64,000 nucleotides of DNA, taken from NCBI GenBank assembly GCA_050011875.1, contig JBEKIG010000001.1:32001-96000 (forward strand), written 5' to 3'. The notes beneath the pieces are model-generated. The model worked only from the letters and a program-made list of their open reading frames with translations, was not told the DNA's origin and made no database searches. Positions 20,697-29,822 of this stretch are shown in pieces. Position 1 is the first letter of the stretch, and every line of letters starts with the position of its first letter. The DNA comes from Nitrososphaeria archaeon (GTDB lineage: Archaea > Thermoproteota > Nitrososphaeria > JACIWG01). Position numbers and translations under genes: made by a program.

Positions 20697-21094
20697 ATGA
20701 AATTTATGTTTAACCGTTATATTATAATTAGGTTTTGTTGAAATTTTTGATTTAATTATAATAACAGTCAACTGTAGGTTTGCTACCTTAAAATCATAAT
20801 CTTAACAGTTTAAGCAATTTTATGGGGGTCTATCTTGAAAAAGTTAACCATGACATTTTTAATTATTTAGTCTCTTAATTTAGTGGTTTGAAGGTGTATA
20901 TAATTAATGGCATTCTGTCTCCTATTCTGGAAAATTGTAGCCAGAGTCGGATGGAATGAATCAATAATAAATTCAACTTTACGTTTTTCTGAATGCGTCG
21001 TTAATATAAGATGTACAGTTACACTTCGATAATTTTTATGTTTAGAATCTTAAAAGCCTGCCTTAAACATTCTGAGTAGTCATAAATTGAAAAG

Positions 21095-22066
21095 CTATGG
21101 TAGAATTAATGTCTTTATGGACGTTTGATCAACTATTTCATTCTCAAAAGCTTCCTTTATTTCCTCAAGCTTGTACTTACGATTTAGTAGCGGCCTAACG
21201 TCGAATATGCCTCGTTTTATTAGCCTGAATGCATCTCTGATACCAACAACCATCTCTTCTTTTGTTCGGTGCATAAGACATGTGTGAACTATATTAAGCG
21301 CATCTTCGTGCCATCTGTACATGTTGACGGTAAACGGTTTCATATAGTGACTATAAATAGCAATGGTTCCGTTGCGCCTGACGATATTTGATGCGATATT
21401 TAACCCTTCTCCCGAACCTGAAGCTTCGACAACGACGTCCACACCTCGGCCATCAGAGATGGCCTTTATATCTTCTACATGGTTCTCTTTCTTTGGGTTC
21501 ACGATTGTGTTTGCACCTAATCGTTTTGCAAGGTTAAGTTTTTCGTCAACAATATCAATAACAACCACCTTTTCTGCACCCCCTTTTCTAGCACCTTGTG
21601 CCAGAATTTGGCCTGCAAAACCTGCACCGATTACAGCAACGATATCGCCTACTTGTATGCTCTTACTAACAAGCTGGCTAGCAAAAACGGCACACGTCAA
21701 AGGTTCACCTAAGCAGGCTATGTCCATGTCAACGCCTTCAGGAGCAGGCAGGCAGCCGTACGGCATATCAAACAAGACGTAGTCGGCGTAAGTACCTTTC
21801 CCAAATGACATCACTTTATCTCCAACCGAAAAACCGTTAACCTTGGATCCTACTTCAACCACTGTTCCACCGCCTTCATGACCCCAGGGAAAGATTGGCA
21901 GCTTAACTTCACTAGAAATGTCTCCTCTGAAGGCTATCTTGTCTGTGCCACAGATCGAAGCTTGAAAAGTTTTTACGAGAACCTGGTTAGGACCGGGTGT
22001 GAGGTCAAGATCTTTCAGATAAACTTTGCCAGGGCCTTCAAAATAGGCAGCGCGACTCTTTACCAT
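21095..22066 (-). CDS. Zn-dependent medium-chain dehydrogenase lacking the structural-Zn lobe
   Basis: ICGTD, GHEGGG, GAGFAG; no CxxCxxC segment. Confidence 0.88.
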   Translation of the reverse strand: MVKSRAAYFEGPGKVYLKDLDLTPGPNQVLVKTFQASICGTDKIAFRGDISSEVKLPIFPWGHEGGGTVVEVGSKVNGFSVGDKVMSFGKGTYADYVLFDMPYGCLPAPEGVDMDIACLGEPLTCAVFASQLVSKSIQVGDIVAVIGAGFAGQILAQGARKGGAEKVVVIDIVDEKLNLAKRLGANTIVNPKKENHVEDIKAISDGRGVDVVVEASGSGEGLNIASNIVRRNGTIAIYSHYMKPFTVNMYRWHEDALNIVHTCLMHRTKEEMVVGIRDAFRLIKRGIFDVRPLLNRKYKLEEIKEAFENEIVDQTSIKTLILP

Positions 22067-22327
22067 ATCTTACATCTTAATTAGCTATTTATTTAATCAT
22101 TAACCTTTAAACGGCTAGACAACTTTTAGAGGGTAATGACTGAGGTTATTTTTGTTCATACAAATAGCATGAGGTTCAAATTTACTTCATTCAGTGCAAC
22201 TCTTACGCAATCACTTTAAGGCAAATGATAAACTGTGCACTTCCCATAATCCATAATACGAAATATTATACGATATATCAGCATGAAAATTTCTCTAAAT
22301 CTTGATATTACATTAGTTTACTCTATT

Positions 22328-23326
22328 TTATGTGAAGTAGGGTCCTAATGCTGGCGCTATTTGGTCGATTCTTTTAAGATTTTCCTCATTCAGCTTAAGT
22401 TCGGTTGCGGCTAGATTTTCCTCAAGCTGCTTCACATTACTGGCGGCTATAATGGGTGAGGTTATTGCGGGGTTAGCTAGCATCCAGGCTAGAGCTATTT
22501 GCACCATTGGTTTACCAGCTCCTTTAGAGAAAGTCTCTAAACCTTTGATTACATTCAGGTTCTTAGGGTCCTCCCAGTGAAATCCATGTCTCGGAAAGAA
22601 GTCTGGTTTGATGGCGCCTCTGCTGCCTTCTGGAGGTGGACTACCGGCCCTGTACTTACCACTTAGAGATCCTCCGGCCAGAGGGCTGTATGGTACAATT
22701 CCGATCCCTTGGTCTACGCAGAAAGGTATAATTTCGCGTTCGATCTCTCTTTGGAGAAGGTTGTACCTGGGTTGGCTGACAACGAATCGCTCAAAGCCAT
22801 TTACATCGCTTGTCCAGAGAGCTTTACAGTGAAGCCAGGCTGGAAAGTTCGAGCATCCAATGTAAAGAACCTTACCCCATCTGACCAGATCAGTGAGTGC
22901 GCCGAGCGTCTCCTCTAAAGGCACAGGCTCGCCGACGATTCCCTTCATCATATCTATGTTGCTTGGTCTATGAAGGTACAGAATATCTATGTAGTCGGTG
23001 TCGAGTCTCCTCAGGCTTTCTTGGACTTGGTATATTATATGTTTTCGGCTTAATCCTTCATCGTTAGGTCCAAGTCCCATTCCATGACGAACCTTCGTAG
23101 CCAGTATGATGCTTTCCCTCATACCCTTGATAGCTCTTCCTGCAATTTCTTCAGACCTGCCATTGGCGTAAACATTAGCTGTATCTAGAAAATTTACACC
23201 TAAATCGACAGCCCTTCGAATAATCCTGGCAGATGTAGGTTCATCAACTTCGTCTCCAAAACCCATGGTACCCAGACATATTTCAGAGACATTCACTCCA
23301 CATTTACCAAGACGCCTGTATTTCAT
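22328..23326 (-). CDS. Aldo/keto reductase
   Basis: MKYRRLG, LDTANVY, LATK, DYIDILYLH, YSPLAGG. Confidence 0.92.
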   Translation of the reverse strand: MKYRRLGKCGVNVSEICLGTMGFGDEVDEPTSARIIRRAVDLGVNFLDTANVYANGRSEEIAGRAIKGMRESIILATKVRHGMGLGPNDEGLSRKHIIYQVQESLRRLDTDYIDILYLHRPSNIDMMKGIVGEPVPLEETLGALTDLVRWGKVLYIGCSNFPAWLHCKALWTSDVNGFERFVVSQPRYNLLQREIEREIIPFCVDQGIGIVPYSPLAGGSLSGKYRAGSPPPEGSRGAIKPDFFPRHGFHWEDPKNLNVIKGLETFSKGAGKPMVQIALAWMLANPAITSPIIAASNVKQLEENLAATELKLNEENLKRIDQIAPALGPYFT

Positions 23327-23475
23327 GTCTATAAAAGTAGAAAAAACCAATATTTAAATTTTAATACAATTTTAACACAAATCTTCTTTTGTCCGAAATT
23401 ATCATAAATTAGTTAATTTTATGTTTTTGAACTATCATAAATTTGCTAATAATAGTATATATTGTCTATATTGAT

Positions 23476-23583
23476 AAAGTTTATATTATGTTGTTATTTG
23501 GACTGTTTTGGCCAAAATTCTCCATCAATTGGTTCTTGAGCCATCAAAGGGGGCTCAACTTATGAGCCCTCAACATTTTGGCC
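23476..23583 (-). repeat. Inverted copy of the about 108-bp upstream module at 24829-24935
   Basis: Shared TGTTTTGGCCAAAATTCTCCATCAATTGGTTCTTGA...GAGCCCTCAACATTTTGGCC. Confidence 0.85.
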
Positions 23584-23675
23584 AAGTATAGTGACAAAAT
23601 TATTAACGTCCCAATGTTTTTCAATATTGATGAAAAGAGTTAAATGTATGCCATGATATTGCCCGAAAGAGAATA

Positions 23676-24446
23676 ATGCCCAAAGGTATCAGGGTTCTCG
23701 TAACAGGCGCCAGTGGCCGTATAGGCATACCGTTCCGTGAAGCTTACAGTAACTACTACTCTCTAAGGCTGATGTCCCATAAAAAAACCTTGGAAGCTCT
23801 ACCGGGAGAAGAAGTCATATCCGCAGATATTGCAGATCTAAATTCTGTTACAGAGGCTATGAATGGTGTTGAGGCCGTCGTCCATCTAGCTGCTGACTCA
23901 AAAAGTAATGCACCTTGGGACTTCATCCTTAATCTCAACATCATCGGAACATACAATGTCTTCGAAGCCGCCCGAAAGGTTGGAGTTAAGAAGGTAGTGT
24001 ACGCTAGCTCAAACCATGCCTGCGGTTTATCTGTAAAAGAACTTGACCTAGTTGGGCCAGACGCTCCCATAAGGCCTGACAGCCTTTATGGTGTCAGCAA
24101 AGTCTTTGGTGAAGCACTCGGAAGATATTATTCAGATAACTTCAATCTATCGGTCATCTGTCTGAGAATCGGTTACTGCCTAGGTCCTGGACGGGAGGAT
24201 CCAAGCAGTTACATAAAACCACTTTTCTTGGGAAAACGCCTTATCTATACTAAGGAAAAGCTTTTCGCGATGTGGATCAGTAATCGCGATATGGCACAGC
24301 TGATTCACAAGAGTTTAGAGTCGGATCTAAAGTTTGGCATCTTTTACGGAATTTCTGATAACGTTCACAAAATCTTCGACATATCTGAGACTATTGAGAA
24401 GCTAGGATATAGACCACAAGATAGGGTAGAATATTATCTTAAGTAG
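23676..24446 (+). CDS. NAD-dependent extended SDR, uronate-dehydrogenase-like
   Basis: TGASGRIG, VHLAA, ASSNH, PDSLYGVSK, LRIG. Confidence 0.85.
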   Translation: MPKGIRVLVTGASGRIGIPFREAYSNYYSLRLMSHKKTLEALPGEEVISADIADLNSVTEAMNGVEAVVHLAADSKSNAPWDFILNLNIIGTYNVFEAARKVGVKKVVYASSNHACGLSVKELDLVGPDAPIRPDSLYGVSKVFGEALGRYYSDNFNLSVICLRIGYCLGPGREDPSSYIKPLFLGKRLIYTKEKLFAMWISNRDMAQLIHKSLESDLKFGIFYGISDNVHKIFDISETIEKLGYRPQDRVEYYLK

Positions 24447-24594
24447 TATGCCATAGAATTTGCATGTTGCATCAACTTTTTTTCCTTTTCCATTAAGAAC
24501 CTTCAACCATATTATACCATATTATGATTTTTTTGCACCGCTACAATCATCAGGTTTTCTAATAAAGAACTCTTAAGATATGTTATCTATTAAT

Positions 24595-24669
24595 AAGTTC
24601 TATAGGAGAAAGGAGAAACTGGTAGACCTCTTTTCAAGCCTAATATAAACCGCAATTCTCATAGGGACT
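24595..24669 (+). pseudogene. 3'-end relic of the 19119-19490 gene with its downstream flank
   Basis: YRRKEKLVDLFSSLI* plus ACCGCAATTCTCATAGGGACT versus YRRKEKLVELFSSLI* plus ACCGTACTTCTCATAGAGACT. Confidence 0.85.
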
Positions 24670-24828
24670 CTCCCATGATATGTTCAACTTTGCTATTCTT
24701 GAGGGGAAGGCACCGCTAGAAAATAAAACCTAAATGTTCCATATTCAATAGCATAGAAAAAGTATTGAATATAATTTTTTTATTTTGCATTAACTTTAAT
24801 AATCTGAAAAAAGTAACGAAATTTTTTA

Positions 24829-24935
24829 GGCCAAAATGTTGAGGGCTCAAAAACTAAGCCCCCATTCATCCGTCAAGAACCAATTGATGGAGAATTTTGG
24901 CCAAAACACCCAAATAATTAAATAATATAAGCTTT
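24829..24935 (+). promoter_or_regulatory. Duplicated upstream module with TTTTGGCCAAAA palindrome and TATA-like tract
   Basis: Ends 16 bp before the aldolase ATG; inverted copy at 23476-23583. Confidence 0.6.
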
Positions 24936-24950
24936 TCTAGTTAAGAGAGT

Positions 24951-25970
24951 ATGTTGAAGTCGATGAGACATAAGGTTGTTTCAAGTATTCTAGAGATCGG
25001 TCTAATCCCAACATTTTATGAAGAAGACTTGGAGACCGCCAAAAAAATTGTTGGGGCATGTGCTGAAGGCGGAGCTAAAGTGGTTGAGTTCACAAACCGC
25101 GGTGCACTAGCATATCAAGTCTTCAGCGAGCTCGTAAGATGGAGGGATAGAGAGTTTCCGGACGTTGTCATAGGAGCTGGCACAATAGTAGAGCCATCAG
25201 CAGCCTCACTCTATATTAATTGTGGAGCAAACTTTATCGTCGGACCAGTATTTAACCTAGATGTGGCAAAGACATGTAATAGATACAATATTTTATGTAT
25301 TTCAGGATGTAGTACTCCATCAGAAATATCCATGGCAGAAGAGATGGGCGCAGACATAATCAAAATATTTCCAGCAGACGTACTAGGACCGCAATTTATA
25401 AAAGACTTGCTCGGTCCATTTCCATGGTTAAAACTTATGCCCTCAGGAGGCGTAGAAGCTACAAAAGAAGGCATTTCAAGTTGGATAGGAGCGGGCGCGG
25501 CAGCAATAAACATGGGCTCAAACCTCATACAAAAAGACCTAGTAAAGTCGGGCAACCTTGAAGCCATAAAAAGGAAGGTGGAAGATTGCATACAATGGAT
25601 AAGGGAGGTAAAAGGCACATCTATATTCTTAGGCGTTGAACACATAGCAATATATCCAACAGAAACCGTGAACGCTACACAAATAGCCGACTTTTACACT
25701 GAAACCTTTGGCTTCGCAAAAGAAGAAGGGCCATCGTCGATAATGCTAACAGGGACAAGTATTGGAAAAATAGAAGTCATGAAAGCATATGAAAAGGAAA
25801 CACGAACACACATAGCAATAAACGTATCAAATTTTGAAGCCGCATACAACTACCTAAAAGAAAAGGACATAGAACTCGAACAGCCAATCATAAAACCGGA
25901 CTTCAAAGTAGCGTACCTTAAAAAGACAGATCCTGCAGGAAATAAAGTGCACCTAATTTTTCGACCCTAA
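24951..25970 (+). CDS. eda: KDPG/KHG aldolase (Eda-type) fused to a C-terminal VOC/glyoxalase domain
   Basis: VEFTNR, IGAGT, IKIFP (Schiff-base Lys), MPSGGV; C-terminal VEHIAI...HIAINV...DPAGNKVHL. Confidence 0.85.
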   Translation: MLKSMRHKVVSSILEIGLIPTFYEEDLETAKKIVGACAEGGAKVVEFTNRGALAYQVFSELVRWRDREFPDVVIGAGTIVEPSAASLYINCGANFIVGPVFNLDVAKTCNRYNILCISGCSTPSEISMAEEMGADIIKIFPADVLGPQFIKDLLGPFPWLKLMPSGGVEATKEGISSWIGAGAAAINMGSNLIQKDLVKSGNLEAIKRKVEDCIQWIREVKGTSIFLGVEHIAIYPTETVNATQIADFYTETFGFAKEEGPSSIMLTGTSIGKIEVMKAYEKETRTHIAINVSNFEAAYNYLKEKDIELEQPIIKPDFKVAYLKKTDPAGNKVHLIFRP

Positions 25971-25987
25971 CCCTATTCTTAATATCT

Positions 25988-26092
25988 CTATCTGAGCAAT
26001 ATTGCTTTCCCTTTCGACTGAATGAACGTCTCAAGGTCTTTCCGTGTTGGCTGGGCTTTTATGTCTCCTCTGACTGTCGCGATTAATGCGCC
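25988..26092 (-). pseudogene. 3' relic of a second PfkB/KDG kinase
   Basis: GALIATVRGDIKAQPTRKDLETFIQSKGKAILLR* versus the intact neighbour GALATTVRGDVEGIPTYDLVRKIL. Confidence 0.75.
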
Positions 26093-26166
26093 TTGATCTC
26101 TTTTCTAGTTTAATATAGCCTACTTTTCTCATAAGGGCTCTTGAAAAGCTGTAGATTATTGATAAG

Positions 26167-26270
26167 AAGAGTTAAATGTATGCCATGGTATCGTTGTGAT
26201 ATATTATCTGAAGTAGTGCGCCATAAGATTTGCATGTTACATCAACTTTGTTTCCTTTTCAATTAAGAAC
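26167..26270 (+). pseudogene. Collapsed copy of the SDR locus (promoter joined to last codons and 3' flank)
   Basis: 26167-26187 matches 23635-23655; 26201-26270 resembles 24431-24500. Confidence 0.8.
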
Positions 26271-26347
26271 AAAGACAAACAAATATTAAAAAAAATACTT
26301 CCTAAGGTATGTAAGCTATTTATAATTATGAAGTTGTTAAAAGATAA

Positions 26348-27337
26348 TTATCTATAGAATTCTTCCCTTCCATCAAGTATTTTTCGAACAAGATCATATG
26401 TTGGGATGCCCTCAACATCTCCTCTAACAGTTGTAGCTAAAGCGCCACATATGTTTCCTATTTTTAATGCATTCTCTAAATCTCCATCTTTTAGGTAAGT
26501 CGATATAAATCCTGCAGCAAACGAGTCGCCAGCACCGATTGGATCAACAACTTCAACCCTTAATGGCTCTACAGAGTACTTCTTCCCTTCTTTAGTTACA
26601 CAGAAGGCACCTTTGTCGCCAAGTTTTACAACAACCATTTGAGGCCCCTTCCTACATACACTCTGTGCTTGATCAATATCATTTACTTCCAGAACATACT
26701 TCATGTCAGATGGACTGGTTATTAGTATGTCAACGTGCTCTAGTATTTTTCTGTATACATCTTTAGCTTCGTTTATATTAGTCCAGAGTTTTAGTCTTAG
26801 ATTCGTATCAAAAGAGACAATCATATCTAAATTCTTGGCTATCCGGATCGCATGTAAAGTCGTTTCCCTGCATGATGAACTTAATGCCGGTGTGATACCA
26901 GTCATATGTAGAAGTTTTGCGGATTTTAGGTAGTCTGGGTTCACATCTTCTGGGCTTAATTTACTTGCTGCAGATCCTTTCCTGTAGTAAAAAACAGCGC
27001 TCTTTCTAGGAAGAGGATAACCTCTTTGAATGAAATAAATACCTGTAGGGGATAATGGGTCAACCGAAACCTTAGATGTATCAACACCCTCTCCTCTAAT
27101 AAAATTTAAAATCTCAATTCCGAATTCGTCATCACCAACCCTACTAATCCAGCCTGCTTTCAATTGCATCCTAACAATACCTATGGCAAAATTTGATTCA
27201 GAACCTGCAACATGCTTCTCGAAACTTGAGACGTATCTCAGTGGACCTGTCTGATTCGCATTAAGCTGAATCATTGTTTCACCGATTGTAACAACATCCA
27301 TCTTAAACAGCTCCCCTCTTTTAGACATTAAAAGCAT
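26348..27337 (-). CDS. kdgK: 2-keto-3-deoxygluconate kinase (PfkB family)
   Basis: IGETM, AGSESN, YYRKGSAAS, FDTNLRLKLW, DPIGAGDSF. Confidence 0.88.
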   Translation of the reverse strand: MLLMSKRGELFKMDVVTIGETMIQLNANQTGPLRYVSSFEKHVAGSESNFAIGIVRMQLKAGWISRVGDDEFGIEILNFIRGEGVDTSKVSVDPLSPTGIYFIQRGYPLPRKSAVFYYRKGSAASKLSPEDVNPDYLKSAKLLHMTGITPALSSSCRETTLHAIRIAKNLDMIVSFDTNLRLKLWTNINEAKDVYRKILEHVDILITSPSDMKYVLEVNDIDQAQSVCRKGPQMVVVKLGDKGAFCVTKEGKKYSVEPLRVEVVDPIGAGDSFAAGFISTYLKDGDLENALKIGNICGALATTVRGDVEGIPTYDLVRKILDGREEFYR

Positions 27338-27670
27338 ATAAATTTTTGCAACACTTGAGTCTAAATATTAAAAGCATGTAGTAAAAATGGAGGACTTTTA
27401 ACCTTCACAATCTGATAGCTTACGCAAAAAGTTTAAATATAATTGAGCTATAAAAATTTTATGAAAGGAATAACGATATATCTTGAGCCTTCTGACATTA
27501 GACAATCATCTGGAACGAAACTGATTATTGGCAATTGTCTAGAAAAATATAAGAATTGTGGAATTTATCTCCCTGAATGTCCTCCCAAAACTAATCAAAG
27601 TAGAGCAACTATTAAACAAGTTGCATGTGAAGGGGTTTAGCGTTTTTTGAAAACTAAAGGTTAACGTGGT

Positions 27671-28744
27671 ATGATGAAAAGAATATTTGTTTGCATCGGA
27701 ACGTACACGTCCGAGGGAGGTAAAGGAATATACGTATACAATATGGATTCTGATTCGGCCGGCCTTAAGCCCTTGGGAAAACCAACCATAATCGACAATC
27801 CTTCATTCTTGGCAATTGACACTAAACACCAGTACCTTTATGCAGTGAGTGAGATTCAATCATTTGAAGGCGAAAAGTCAGGCGCAATTAGTGCGTTCTC
27901 TATAGATCCAGAGACAGGTGAATTGACTTTCTTAAACATTAAATCTTCTAAAGGCGCTTCTCCATGCTACGTAACTGTGGATAAAAACGGTAAGTATGTT
28001 CTTGTGGCAAACTACTTAGGTGGTAGCGTTTCCGTGCTACCCTTATTGGATAATGGAAGACTTGGAGATGTAATAGACTTTGTTCAGCATAAAGGATCCA
28101 GTGTTAATCCCAAACGCCAAGAAGGACCTCATGCTCATTCAGTTATACTCGATACTTCAAATCGGCATGTTTTCGTTCCTGATCTTGGACTTGATAAGAT
28201 AATGATCTATAAATTCGATTCTGAACGTGGGAAGTTGACGCCCAACGATCAGCCTTGGGTGAAAACGAAACCCGGTGCAGGTCCACGTATCTTTACTTTT
28301 CATCCTAATGGAAAGTTTGCTTACGTAATAAATGAAATTGACTCATCCATAGTTGCGTTTACTTACGATATGTGCAATGGTATGCTTGAAGAGATACAGA
28401 CAGTTTCTACTTTACCGAAAGGATTTAAAGGTGTAAATTACGCAGCCCATATCCAAGTCGCCCCTTCTGGTAAGTTTCTTTATGGCTCAAATCGTGGGCA
28501 TGATAGTATTGTGATCTATGAAATTGATGAAGATACGGGTAGGCTCAGTTGCATAGGTTATGAATCTGCACAGGGAAGAAACCCACGTAACTTTACTATA
28601 CACCCCCTCGGTAATTTCATGTTAGTAGCTAATCTGGAAACTGATAATATTGCAGTCTTTCGAATAGATCAACAAACAGGAGTGCTCGAGCCCACCGAGC
28701 TTATTACAAAAGTTCCGGCACCTACTTGTGTAAAAATCCTGTAA
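27671..28744 (+). CDS. pgl: Lactonase, 7-bladed beta-propeller (6-phosphogluconolactonase type)
   Basis: GTYT, NPSFL, VANY, RQEGPHAH, GAGPR, SNRGHDS. Confidence 0.9.
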   Translation: MMKRIFVCIGTYTSEGGKGIYVYNMDSDSAGLKPLGKPTIIDNPSFLAIDTKHQYLYAVSEIQSFEGEKSGAISAFSIDPETGELTFLNIKSSKGASPCYVTVDKNGKYVLVANYLGGSVSVLPLLDNGRLGDVIDFVQHKGSSVNPKRQEGPHAHSVILDTSNRHVFVPDLGLDKIMIYKFDSERGKLTPNDQPWVKTKPGAGPRIFTFHPNGKFAYVINEIDSSIVAFTYDMCNGMLEEIQTVSTLPKGFKGVNYAAHIQVAPSGKFLYGSNRGHDSIVIYEIDEDTGRLSCIGYESAQGRNPRNFTIHPLGNFMLVANLETDNIAVFRIDQQTGVLEPTELITKVPAPTCVKIL

Positions 28745-28784
28745 CTGATATTATTTTTATTTCAGTCTTTCTATTGGGCAATTA

Positions 28785-29591
28785 TTATGTTACAACCTTT
28801 GGAAATATTCTCCAAACTAATTCGAAGAAGAAATTAATTCCATTAGCTATGTTTGGATCATTTATCAGTAAACTATTGTCTTTTTCAACATTTAGATTTG
28901 TTGAATCGTCCTCTGTAGAGGATATTAACATATACTTACCGTCGAATATATTTATTCGAAATCCCTTTGGGATTTCTATATTCTGTATTTCTCCTAATCC
29001 TTCGAAAGCTTTGATAATTTCAGAATCTTTTTTTTCATCAAATTTAGAAATCCATCTAATTCTGACACCTCTCTTTACAGCGTTTTTGTAGGCTATTTCT
29101 AATTTTGAGTTTAAAGTCCTTATTAGGCCATTTTTTGTAGTCATAATATTTATTTCAGTTTTAGCATTAGTCGATAATCTCTCGAGCGTTTTAAGAGCCA
29201 GTTCTCTACCCTGAATTACATTGAACCGTGGAGCTTGGGGCATAGGTTGGGATTTTGGTATTTTCTCAAGTTCAGATAAAATGATTGTCTTTTCTTCTAC
29301 GCATTTTTCAACCTTTTCTATCATGTTTTTTATTAAACCGTCCAAGGCCACCGACATTGGGATAGATACAAATAGAGCAGGCTTTTGGAGCGTAGCCTCT
29401 ATCAATCCTAAAGATTGTAATTTTTTGAGAATCCTATAGGTCCGAGCTCTATCAATATTAGTTAGATTACTTAACTCACTAGCCTTTAGAGGCTTATTAG
29501 AGGCTAAACAAACAAGTAATTTACATTCCTCTCCATCTAGCCCAAAAAATTTTAATTTTTCTGTTAGCTCCTGCATTCTTACTTTAGCCAA
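28785..29591 (-). CDS. TrmB-family sugar-responsive transcriptional regulator
   Basis: N-terminal wHTH (ASELSNLTNIDRARTYRILKKLQSLGLI) and C-terminal effector domain (RGVRIRWI, IFDGK). Confidence 0.88.
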   Translation of the reverse strand: MAKVRMQELTEKLKFFGLDGEECKLLVCLASNKPLKASELSNLTNIDRARTYRILKKLQSLGLIEATLQKPALFVSIPMSVALDGLIKNMIEKVEKCVEEKTIILSELEKIPKSQPMPQAPRFNVIQGRELALKTLERLSTNAKTEINIMTTKNGLIRTLNSKLEIAYKNAVKRGVRIRWISKFDEKKDSEIIKAFEGLGEIQNIEIPKGFRINIFDGKYMLISSTEDDSTNLNVEKDNSLLINDPNIANGINFFFELVWRIFPKVVT

Positions 29592-29822
29592 TTTTATGGG
29601 AAATATTTAAGAGTTGCTTTGTAGAAAACTTTAATAATAATATAAATTTTATTTAACCCCAGTCTATAGTCATAGACATTAAAATTTAACAAACCTCATT
29701 ATAAAAAAATAAAAAATTGCCAACCTTATAAATAAAGCTTATTTTTATTATAAAAAGAAAAGGATATATAAATACATTTGTTTGTTCAATTTGGAAACAC
29801 ATAGACTTATAAAACAATTTAT

